A model generated the notes under the pieces. The model saw only the letters and a program-made list of their open reading frames with translations, did not search any database and was not told the origin of the DNA. This document shows positions 1 through 60,637 of a stretch of 64,000 bases of DNA, one piece after another. How positions within the stretch are numbered: position 1 is the stretch's first letter; each line of letters starts with the position of its first letter. The position numbers and the translations under genes were made by a program. This DNA comes from Euprymna scolopes (lineage: Eukaryota), in the NCBI GenBank assembly GCA_053919585.1, contig CM132812.1; one strand, 5' to 3'.

Positions 1-480
1 CACTCGAGGATAAGGGTTAAAGTGTACAGTGGTCAAAAGGACAATATCATAGCAATCGTTAGAAGTGTAAATTTGGTAAATTGGATTACTTAAGAGGAAC
101 AACTCATCAAGAACTTGTTTACATTGGACTTGAAGACGGCCATATTGTAGTCAACTGGAAAGCATGTAATTGGAAGAGAGTTCCACAGGTGTGCAGCTCT
201 AAGAAATAAACTTTGTTCATGGAATCTACGTTTAGGTTTAGACACAGATAAAGAGTGAGGGAAATTGTTGATAGTGTTTACAGCCAAACGAGTGTTTCTC
301 GTGAATGTTTGGCGAGGTGGAACCATAGATTGGAGCTCAGACGAGCACTTACCATGAAAATAATGATAAAATAGAGACAGGCTCGCAATCTCTCTTTTGT
401 GAGAAAGAGGTTGCAGGGAAGAGAACAGAGCATCCCCCACTAGGCTACGAAGTGTATTCTGAACTCTGTCAAGGCAGGAT
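1..480 (-). mobile_element. CR1-group LINE 3' fragment (family A)
   Basis: Encodes LQPLSH.R..ASLSLFY.Y..G.CS.EL...LWNSLP...FKSNVNK, the ORF2 C-terminus shared with 14450-15967. Confidence 0.85.
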
Positions 481-486
481 TTAAGA

Positions 487-755
487 GACAATGGACACCT
501 CTCTAAGGGTAGTTGTGTGTGTAATTGTGAGACAAGGGTTGTGCAATTCCTAACCACACCTCTCCTGAATTGGCACTGCTAGGGTTCAGTGGCAAGGAGA
601 AGCCAAAGACTGACTGGAAACAATGTCAAGATAAGCGGAGAGCACATATGACACCTGGAATTCTTAAATGGTCACCCATTTTAGTACTGACCTGGCTCAA
701 CGTTGCTTGACTTGAGTGATCTGATGGGAACCGGTGTGTCAACGTGATTATGCCA
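487..755 (-). mobile_element. 5S rRNA-derived SINE (SINE3-like)
   Basis: Reverse complement reads acaccggttcccatcagatcactcaagtcaagcaacg...tgggtgacc (5S-like); body matches the copy at 27786-28060. Confidence 0.8.
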
Positions 756-1100
756 TAATCATCATCATTTAGCATGTCTTTTCCACATCAGATACGGATT
801 GCACATTCACCATGATGTTTCAAAGTGATTTTCTTCATGAAATTCTATCATTTTCATTGATTCTGTTGTACAATTATTTGAGTTCATCCTTGACCAAGTC
901 TCTCCAAGTTCATCTCATTATCTATACAAATAAAACAGTAGATTTATGAGTGCCTGCATGTCTGTGTAAAAATATTTAACCGATAAACTCGTAAACTAAT
1001 AGTAACATAACACTGAAATTAACAGGAAATAGTAATCATACACCAAGGATGGTTTATAGCGAGTACAATCTTTATTTGAATGGATGAATAACGTCTACAG

Positions 1101-1155
1101 AAATATGTCGGCAAGTTGAAATGCAAAATGTTCAATTCAACTTGCCGACATATTT
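1101..1155. repeat. Perfect 20-bp inverted repeat, 15-nt loop
   Basis: aaatatgtcggcaagttgaa / ttcaacttgccgacatattt. Confidence 0.9.
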
Positions 1156-2324
1156 TTATTACTTTTGTGCATGCGCAAATTCATTCATAGCTTGAAGTGG
1201 TTTAATTTTAAATCTTTCTTATCTATCTGTCGATAGTTCAAATGATAGGAAACATGGCTAAATGTTTTGGTTTCGATTCTAGCTGATGGCACCCAAGTCA
1301 TTTTCTTTTTAAATTTTGAAATCAGTACTATATATTAGGTACAATATAATATTCAACAGAGAATTGACTATAATATTAAATACAAAATCTGTATGAATTT
1401 ATAAATATTTATAAATTATAAATTTATTATATTTAAGCATATGTTACGACCGTAGGGTCAGTGGTGGTGAAAGGATGAATGGTCAGTTGATGCGGATCTT
1501 TATGATTCAAGTGATAGTGACAGATCTCAATGCGACCACGTCAGGAAGTGACTGAACCTGCGGTGCCACATCTCTAAAGAAGGCACAAACAAAAGAGACT
1601 GCCTCACAACTGCTATAAGTGCAATCATGAGATCGGCAAAGTTTATCCTCTATCATAAGTGGCATAAGATTTTATGCATGGAGGCCTCAAACATCAGGAG
1701 ACGCATAGCAGTTACGCTAACTGCCATAAAAGCAATCAGTTGTACACACTAAGGCAGAAGAAATGGACATCATGATCTGTCGACCACCTCTCTCCCTCTG
1801 CTAACTAACTCTCAAAAAGACCGCCTCACCCTAACAATGTTGTCATTAGTTTACGTCATTAAAATAATCACCTGATGTTTTTACATGTCATTATTTCTAA
1901 GTTGTCCACTATGTCATAAGATTTTAAAGTTCACATTCCTAGTAACTATTAAATATAAATAAATATGTAAATATTTTTATTATTCTAAAACATATTTTAG
2001 TTGACAAACTATTTAGTTTGAATAATCATAATAATTGTCGACCAGCATTGTCCAGTAAATATCTAACACAGGGACTCAGGAAGGAATTCCAAAGTGTGGC
2101 AATTCGAGGAAAGAAACTATTTGAGTAGAAGGCTTTCTGGCATCTAGAGATCTCTAAAGTATAGGGGTTGGATTTTGCTGCTGGTTGGATCAGTTGGAAG
2201 TATTTACGTCGAGTGGATACAAGGGTTTGGAGTTGTCGGAGTACATTCCATTAAAATAGTTATAAAATTATAAAACAATTTTTTAAAAAATTGTTGACAT
2301 TATGTTTCGGAAATAAGGATGCAT

Positions 2325-2510
2325 ACATTGGATTATTCGGGCTACTGTTTTCATCTAGGTGGTTATTCTCACAGTGTTTCAGCCGATGTAAGCTCAGACC
2401 TTCTTCAGGTGCATCTTATCGAACTTGGAAATCTGAACAGAATTTCGAACAGAACCATTTATTAAATCAACGAAGATAGCTTGCTCTTGCTTTGTCAGCA
2501 TAATTGTATT
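2325..2510 (-). mobile_element. Penelope-like non-autonomous element with hammerhead-like motif (2370-2411)
   Basis: Minus strand cac-CTGAAGA-aggtc...-GAAA-cactgtg; homologous to 5030-5400 and 17024-17390. Confidence 0.65.
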
Positions 2511-3301
2511 CTTAATGTTGCCCATACAGAGGATTGAACCTTCAACCTGCCAAGGACCTGTGTCATAACAGATACAAGTAATAATCAATTTTTAGTGAAA
2601 GTTTTTTGTAGGTCAATGCCATGTTTGGAATGCAACTACGATTGTATTGATAATTTTAAAGTGTAGACTAGTATGAAAATATAAACACTACTGTTTGTGG
2701 CTTAGAATATATGGATTGAGGAATGTGTTGATAACAGTTTTCTGAATTAACTTGCGATCAAATTCAGCAAACATTTCTATGTCTTACTTCCTCATGCATC
2801 TTTAAGACAAAAGTGTACAAAGAAAATGCTGATATTTTACTGAAAAAAAGCTTTTAAGCTCTAAAAACACCTTTTGCGTTTCGGATCTTAATTGTTGCTG
2901 CAACATTTTACACTACAAATTGTGCAAAAGTGGGCGTGACTTATATGGACTATAGTTATTTAATAAAGATTTATAAAATTTTATATTTGTTTTCGTTAAA
3001 ATTTGATATTGTTTGAAAAATAAAAGCTTAAAATTAATCTTTAAAACAAAAAACGTGTATATTTATGTGTGAAAAAAAAATTTATAATGAAAAATGTTAT
3101 AGCGGCTACAATAAAAAGTAAAAATTCAGTGAAATTTGCTGTTTGAAGAAATCAATTTTAAAAATCTCTTGAAAGATAACTATCAGTTTTCTGGACCTAT
3201 TGCAAAGAGAAGTAGTAAATTTAAGTCTTAATATGCTGAATTTAAAGAAAAAATGTATCTAAGTTTTACTAATTATTACATTAATTATTAAAAAAAAATC
3301 G

Positions 3302-3888
3302 GGTTTGAATTACTGTACACATAGATTCGAAAAAGTTGTCAAAAAACAAATATATAACGAATAAATGTTATCAAAGGCAAGATAAGTTACTTTTCTGCCA
3401 AACTGGATATATTTTTTGTGTTTTTATTCAATGTAACAAATTTATTCAGCTCGAAAAACATACAGTGTTTACCGATGTATTCTAAAATTTAAGATGGCGT
3501 CTCACACCCTCTTTAACACCGTAAGTATGGAAAAAGGTGTTATGAATAAAAAACTACACAAAATACTATTAAAAACCCGCCGAACCTATGTCACGGTAAT
3601 ATATATTGAGCGAGTTTTTAACAGTATTTTATCCGGTTTTTTATTTATAACATCTTTTCCCACACTTACCGTGTTAAAGAGAGAATAAGACGCCATCTTG
3701 AATGTTCCAATACATCGGTAAACACTGTATGGTTTTCGAGCTGAATAAACATGTTACATTGAATAAAAACACGAAAAATATATCCAGTTTGGTAGAAAAG
3801 TAACTTATCTTGCCTTTGATAACATTTATTTGTTATATATTTGTTTTTTGACAACTTTTTCGAATCTATGTGTACAGTAATACAAACC
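3302..3888. mobile_element. Foldback MITE with ~280-bp inverted arms
   Basis: GG...CC termini; aaaaaatc(g/a) on both flanks = 8-9 bp TSD. Confidence 0.85.
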
Positions 3889-4133
3889 AAAAAATCAGTT
3901 ACGTTAGAAACCACTGTAGTTAAGTGTAAATATAAAATGGCTAAAAGTTTTCCAAAATGTATGGAATATAATAATTGCAATAATATTTTTTTCTTGTTTT
4001 TTTTTAAATACAAGATGTTAAAAATTTGCACATTTTCAGACCTGTAAAAGACATAGCTATTATTAATTTATTTAAATTATTATTGTTATGAAATTAAAAT
4101 TTTTTATTGAACTTTGTAATGGTAACCATTTGA

Positions 4134-53879
<49,746 letters not shown>

Positions 53880-53915
53880 TGTGAGTTTTAGACGCTTGAA
53901 AAATGCAGGACTGAC

Positions 53916-53921
53916 AATAAA
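53916..53921 (+). promoter_or_regulatory. Candidate DRC1 polyadenylation signal
   Basis: AATAAA shortly after the stop, followed by T/GT-rich sequence; further AATAAA sites near 54306-54400. Confidence 0.4.
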
Positions 53922-53961
53922 TTGTTTGTATTCATTTTTTGTGGACTGTTATCCTCATCTT

Positions 53962-54003
53962 CACCATGTTTCGGCCAACTAATTCTCTGGTCTTCTTCAG
54001 GTG
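53962..54003 (-). ncRNA. Degenerate Penelope-type hammerhead just downstream of the DRC1 stop
   Basis: cac-CTGAAGA-agacca...tggcc-GAAA-catggtg; cleavage triplet is not NUH. Confidence 0.6.
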
Positions 54004-54442
54004 GTTAACCACGATCGGATAGGTATGCTGAGTCTTGTAACTGTATCAAGTAATTACTGCTTTCCATAGTTGTCTCACCACGTTTTGGCCAACTAATCCT
54101 CTGGCCTGCTTTGAGTAGGATTGAAACCGCTATCTTCAGACAATGCTCACCTGGAACTAGAGGCTAAACACGACTATCCACTGAACCTCATCTAAAAGGA
54201 TTTCAAAAAATAAATATGATATATTATAAATTGCTTATCAAGAAAAATGTATTGATGATTAAACAAAAAACAATGAAAATATAATAAAACTTTTTAAAAA
54301 CATTCAATAAAATTTGAATTATTCTTCTCATTCAATAAATCAATAAACATTACAAAATATAATTCAAAATCAATAATCTTTAAGTTTGTTGATTCCAATA
54401 AAATTTGTCAGTTTGCGTTTCTGTATTTGTTTTTTTAAGACA

Positions 54443-54502
<60 letters not shown>

Positions 54503-54504
<2 letters not shown>

Positions 54505-54808
54505 AGTCATCAACATACAGTCCTGTTTTGTTGTATCACAACTCATCAGTGCCGCTAGACTAGCATTTCTCCCAAGCCAAGGATTGAACCTAGAACTCAT
54601 TGATTACTGTACACACAAAAACTCTTATCCCTGAGTGGCCTTCGGGCCTTGATAAGTGGTGACCCCCATATTAAAAAAAAAAAAAAGAACCGTCGTGTTG
54701 ACAGTCGGCAGTTCTCCCACTCGACCACAGAAGCGACGCCCGCAAATAACTCGTCGTAATGCCTATTTAAATAGAAATCCGCGACCACTTTTACAGTGCT
54801 CAAACCGC

Positions 54809-54812
<4 letters not shown>
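54503..54812 (-). mobile_element. tRNA-headed hammerhead SINE within (TA)n, interrupted by a CR1 tail (about 54597-54685)
   Basis: GAAA mutated to AAAA; the CR1 tail is flanked by an agaac duplication. Confidence 0.85.
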
Positions 54813-54861
<49 letters not shown>

Positions 54862-55126
54862 TGATGAAAAAGAAATGAACCATATTCAGATGTTATAAAA
54901 TAAAAAGTCGATTAAAACATCACAAATTGTAATGGAACCCAAAACGCTTTTCGTCAGACAAACTTTTCAAGGATATATGTCTGAATGTTTTGCTTTATTT
55001 GATAACATTTTTTAGTTTATTTTATGACATCCGAATATGATTCATTTCTTTTTTATCCTTTTAAAATTTTGCAATTCTAATAAAGTTATGTCACATTTAT
55101 TGAACCATTATAGCAAAAATTTCATA

Positions 55127-55145
55127 TCTATAATATAAAACTGAA

Positions 55146-55177
<32 letters not shown>

Positions 55178-55905
55178 TGTGTGTGTGTGTGTCTGGTCAC
55201 GAATAGGCTCCTATATGGTTGACTATTTTAAAAAACTGATTACATATAATGATAAAAGATGTATCGAGACACAGGAATGGGTATGTTTGATCTGGCAGAA
55301 CGGTGGTTCATTAAAATTTTGGGGTCTGCGTTCACACCTGGTCCACAAAGTATGGAAATAAAAAATTAAAAAATAAAGAAAAAACGTTTACAAGTGTTTT
55401 TGATATAGATGTACATAATAATACTTTGATAAGTATGTTTTAACTTAAATAGGGATGGTATAATAAAATTGTGGGGTCTGCGTTCGCGCCTGGCCTCCAT
55501 AGAATGGAAATAGGCACAAACTTTAATAAAGACTTTTCATATCTATCTGCGTAAGTATACTTTGATAATTATGTTTCAGTTCGAAGAAATATGGTATAAT
55601 AAAATTATGGGGTGTTCGTTCGCACCTGACCTCCATAGAATGGAAATATGTCACAAAGTTTAACAAGGTTTTTTAATATAGATCCACAGAATATTGTGAT
55701 AAGTGTTTCAGTGTGAACAGGTATGGTATAATAAATTATGGGGTTTATCTATTTTATTTTTACTTTCATCATATTTTGCTTTGGCTTTAATACCCCCAAA
55801 TTCAACCCAAATTTACAACCCTTCCTTTTCATAACCTATCATACTTTCATAAATCAGAGTCCATTTTCTGTAGGCTGTTTTTGAACCCAGTCAACGACGG
55901 GTACT

Positions 55906-55913
<8 letters not shown>
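55127..55913 (+). mobile_element. Non-autonomous Helitron with internal ~130-bp repeats
   Basis: A|TC start, (GT)n, 3' hairpin ccc.gtcaacgacggg followed by CTAA|T. Confidence 0.75.
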
Positions 55914-55983
<70 letters not shown>

Positions 55984-55988
<5 letters not shown>

Positions 55989-56060
55989 ATCCACATACAG
56001 TACTGTTTTGCTGTTTCACAGCTCATCAGTGCGGCTAGACAGGCAACTACCTCAAGCCAG
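55984..56060 (-). mobile_element. Truncated hammerhead SINE abutting (TA)n
   Basis: ccgca-CTGATGA-gctgtgaaacagc-AAAA-cagtactg-TA-tgtgg. Confidence 0.8.
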
Positions 56061-56501
56061 AAATATATATTCTTATAATATATGCCAATCCTTATTTAAG
56101 AAACTCAATGTAATTACAAAGCAATATAGTGAATAAATGACAAAAAATTATAGTCCAAAATTCATGATGTTGACCATCTTATAATTTATTCCTTTAATTC
56201 AGTTGACATTTGCAATTCTTTACAGTATCTGTTTCATAGTGCAAAATCAACCACTTAATTATTATATCAATCAGTGAATCTATTATGCCCTTAACTCATC
56301 AGAAGAAATAGAAACAATCAATTCGTCAAAAGGAAATAAAGTGTGATTTGATATGATTAAAATCCGAAAATTGGAAGAGAAGTTATAAATACCTTTAATA
56401 TGTTTCCATTACGCCATTTTGAATTCAAAAGTATATTTTACATTATGTGGTAGTGCTCAAAACAAGATAGAGAGCATTTATAGTCATCCATAGACAGTAC
56501 T

Positions 56502-56577
<76 letters not shown>

Positions 56578-56928
56578 GTAGAAGTCACTACGTGTGCTGA
56601 GGCACCAATTTTAAAGTTATTAAAAGTTAAAATTATATTTTTGAAGGGAAATCACAGTCCAACAGGTTTTCTGACTAACAGATACAAACTGCTGAGATAA
56701 AACAAAGAAGAAAAACAATTTGTTCACCAACCTTTTCTTTAATTATATATCCAGATTGCTAACGTCCTCGGGTGGTTGATTGGATAATACATAACGGCAT
56801 GATGCCTTCCTTAGATGTTTTGGATTCGTGACGCCATGTACCTTCCTTGAATATTTTGAATTCGTGGTACTTAAATGATCTAGAAGTGTAAGCCATGCTT
56901 AGTTTCAGAACAGTTTCCGATGGTTCAT

Positions 56929-57956
56929 TGTTCTAAACAAGTCTTGAGAGGTGACTTGTTTGCAGTAGACAGTTCCACAGAGCAAAATATTCTTACCGTG
57001 TCGAGACGGAAAAAACATGCGAAATTGCTACAGAAAAGGTTTAATATTTATGGAGCAATTCTGGCTTCTGATTGGTTGGAAGCAGAACGTGAATTAATTC
57101 GATCCGTCAGTTCCTAGCAGCATCGTTTATAAATAGAATCGTCTGACTGTGTGGGATCATACCCCATTACTCCTCCATAGTGATGGGATGTCTCCTAGCG
57201 GCTTCGGCTGCATGGAGACAGGGTAGTACACGTCAAGGATTCGTCACTTGACACTCAGCCCAACAGGTGAGGGGCCGGGAACCGGCCCAGCACCTGTTGG
57301 ACTGAGGTACACCGCCTGGGTAATACCTAGGAGGTCCACCCTCCCAGGCCTTGCCACCGGGCTTTCCGGTGGGGCAAGTTTATTGCTTGCTGCCTGAGGC
57401 GCCCCGACCGGGGAATGCCGACGGGGTTACTCGGGCAATTTTTAGAATTGCAGGAGTGCCCCTCCTTTAGGGGAGCCTGCGGGTATCCCACTTTCCAGGC
57501 CTTGTGCCAAATAATGCTGATGTGGGCAGCATTTAAATAAATACCCCATTACTCTCTTGAGATGATGGGATGTGTCTCCTAGCGGCTTCGGCTGCAAGGA
57601 GACAGGGTAGTACACGTCAAGGATTCGTCACTTGACACTCAGCCCAACAGGTGAGGGGCCGGAAACCGGCCCAGCACCTGTTGGACTGAGGTACACCGCC
57701 TGGGTAATACCTAGGAGGTCCACCCTCCCAGGCCTTGCCACCGGGCTTTCCGGTGGGGCAAGTTTATTGCTTGCTGCCTGAGGCGCCCCGACCGGGGAAT
57801 GCCGACGGGGTTACTCGGGCAATTTTTAGAATTGCAGGAGTGCCCCTCCTTTAGGGGAGCCTGCGGGTATCCCACTTTCCAGGCCTTGTGCCAAATAATG
57901 CTGATGTGGGCAGCATTTAAATAAATACCCCATTCTTCATCAAAAATATTGCAACA
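56929..57956 (-). mobile_element. 3' LTR (262 bp plus a 766-bp insertion) of a Copia-like element
   Basis: TG...CA ends; preceded on the minus strand by a G-run polypurine tract (57957-57967); highly similar to 59022-59282. Confidence 0.85.
57169..57934 (+). other. Tandem dimer (382 + 384 nt) of a GC-rich, highly structured non-coding element
   Basis: ATACCCCATT at 57159, 57541 and 57925; absent from the sister LTR; many hairpins with G-U pairs on +. Confidence 0.85.
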
Positions 57957-57989
57957 TCCCCCCCCCCATTTTTTTTTTTTTAATTCCTT

Positions 57990-58191
57990 TAGCAACAGAT
58001 CTAGCTTTGTACTGTTCTACGCCTGATGTTGTAGTCTTTTTTGTAAAGAGAGGCACTACATATAGGTATCATTTTCGGTTAAGGCATCTATTTCTTTTTT
58101 CATGGCAATTTTCCATTTGATAATCTTTTATCTTGTCGACCACAAAAAAATCGGGTCGTCTTCTATTTCTTTTGGGATATCTTTCGCCTTT

Positions 58192-58223
<32 letters not shown>

Positions 58224-59020
58224 GGATACTCTTGTCTCCGTCATTTTTATTGTCTTCGTTTGTTTTAATTATTTGAGGAAATATAACTTTGTATTCTTCA
58301 TATGACGGGTTTTCGTCTGTAAAATTAAACATGTCTGTGAATTTTACACATCGGATTCTTTTTATTTTATTTTTCTCTGGAAAAAATACTAAATTGGCTG
58401 GACTGTTTTTATCGTATCCAAGAAATATACCTCTGTCGGCTTTAATATTCAATTTACTCTTTTTATCTATATATGCGAAGCAAGTTGAAACAAATATATG
58501 CATTCTGCTTAAATTTGGGTTTTACCACAGAAAGATTCATATGGAGTTTTAGATAGTGTTTTGTTAAAACACCTGTTGCATATATAGGCTGCCGCCATAA
58601 GTGCATACGTCCAGTGGTTTTGGGGGAGTTTTGATTCAATGAGTAGGCATCTTGCCATTTCAAAAAGTGTTCGCCACGCTCTTTCAGTAGTCCCATTTTG
58701 GTGTGGCGATCTAGGAGCTGGTTTTTCATGCCTGATATGATGGTTAATTAGTAAAAGTTCAAAGTCTTTATTGGTGAATTCCGTACCGTTGTCAGAGCGA
58801 ATACACTTGACTTCACCGTAGGGAGCCATGTCGGCTAGATATTTTTGAGTTGTTAGCAGGGTATCAGATTTGTTCTTTAAAAAGTAAACCATTATTAAAC
58901 CTGAATGGTCGTCTATGAAATTCAACACATATCTATAATGTTCTCTGGCCATCGGTACCACGGACCATTCAAGTCACAATGCACCATTGATAGGATTTTT
59001 TTTGGCCTTCTTGTCTGGTA
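57990..59020 (-). pseudogene. Ty1/Copia pol remnant (integrase, SH3-like region, start of RT)
   Basis: FIDDHS, IRSDNGTEF, PHQNGTTERAWRTL, GIFLGYD, YKARSVAKG; frameshifted, RT deleted. Confidence 0.9.
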
Positions 59021-59021
59021 T

Positions 59022-59282
59022 TGTTACACACAAGTCCTGAGAGGGGACTGGTTTGCAGTAGACAGTTCCACAGAGCAAAAGATTCTTACCGTGTCGAGAC
59101 GGAAAAAAACGTGAAATTGCTACAGAAAAGGTTTAATATTTATGGAGCAATTCTGGTTTCTGATTGGTTGGTAGCAGAGCGTGAATTAATTCGATTCGTC
59201 AGTTCCTAGCAGCATCGTTTATAAATAGAATCGCCCGACTGTGTGGGATCATACCTCATTCTTCATCAAAAATATTGCAACA
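59022..59282 (-). mobile_element. Second LTR copy (261 bp), empty at the insertion site
   Basis: TG...CA; reads gatcatacctcattcttcatc where the other LTR carries the insert. Confidence 0.85.
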
Positions 59283-60264
59283 AATGATATAGTCATGTGC
59301 CTTCCTTGAGTGTCAAATTCACGATGCTCGGATCCATTGTCCCCAGCGTATAATCTGATGCTACATTCTGCCCTCAACTCAATTTCCCATTCATATCTTC
59401 CAGAGGCATACTGTTTCCTGTTTAAACATGACTTTTGACAAAAGTCTTTCTTTGTTTTGGCTTTGTAAGAAGCAAAACGTTTTCACCACTTTGCGCTATT
59501 TTTCACAGGTTCGCAAACTCATTTTTATATGAAGCAAAATCTTTGTTTGCTTTGCTTATAAGTGGTTGGCTTGGGTCAAAGTTCGCATCTCCAAGTTTAA
59601 CTTCAGACTGATTTTTAATTTCTTCAATCTTCTGCACATGGATGACGTCTACGCATTTGATACAAAATGTTTAATTTGATTGGTCGGTGTTTTGTTACCA
59701 TGCTGAAATTCTAAAAATACCTCAACTTGTGTGCCGCGAGTCTAGATATAATGATCACTGTCTGATTGTCAGGATTATTTAGCAGCGTTCAGGAAAGGGA
59801 TGTCACAGCAGCTGTACAATTTTCATTACAGACTTTATTTTTATATAAGCAATATCGCCTGAAGAGGTTTCTAATTACTTGTATTGCCTAACCAAAACAT
59901 ACTCATGAATGTATAGTGACAAATAAATGCTTATGTAAAACAAATAAAAATATCTTGCCTTACTTCGGTATTTATTACTCTTGTCTGAACCTCGTTAAAA
60001 CTTAATTGGTTGCTTCACCTCTGGAAAATATTAACCTGGAATTATATATATCAGATGACACAAAAAAAAAACATCACAAAAAATCGAATAACTTCTAAAG
60101 TTTTATCTAGATTGACATAAAACTTCAACTACATTAGGGCAAGCCTATGTAGCAGACATCTCCAAAGTTTCAAACTTGTAGTACAAAAATTCTGTTTTTT
60201 ACTGGCGCTAAAAAAATATGCTCCAAATGAGCTCACCGGAGCTGCAGGCACATTTGGATCCAGC

Positions 60265-60337
60265 TTTAAGTAAGGCAGATGTATCTTTTAATTGTTCGCC
60301 AGGCGAACAATTAAAAGATACATCTGCCTTACTTAAA
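60265..60337. repeat. Perfect 36+1+36 palindrome
   Basis: tttaagtaaggcagatgtatcttttaattgttcgcc-a-ggcgaacaattaaaagatacatctgccttacttaaa. Confidence 0.95.
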
Positions 60338-60352
60338 ATATATATATATATA

Positions 60353-60512
60353 TAGTAAGTTATAAAAATATATATGGCAATTAAGCTACACAGAATATTC
60401 CGCGTTTTATCCACGCTAGGATTTGTCAGGCTTATGGCTTACGAATCCTAGCGGATGAAACGTGGAATATTCTGTGTAGCTTAATTGCCATATATATTTT
60501 TATAACTTACTA
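60353..60512. repeat. Long hairpin, same family as 23628-23733
   Basis: ~75-bp near-perfect arms next to (TA)n. Confidence 0.85.
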
Positions 60513-60637
60513 CCTAGCTCTACCTATGTATTGAGCACTGTTGAAGTAAATACTTAAAGTTTACGCATAAAAATAATACTTTTGTATATTAATTTATGTG
60601 ATTAAATGAAGTAGTCATATATATAAATATATATATT

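Noticed and set aside
57169-57550. Group I intron, hammerhead, twister, pistol or HDV assignment for the GC-rich unit
   Set aside because: No P7/omega-G, no CUGANGA plus GAAA, and element order does not match the others by eye; left unclassified.
57711-57995. 94-aa ORF
   Set aside because: It spans the PPT, LTR and insert junctions with no recognisable domain.
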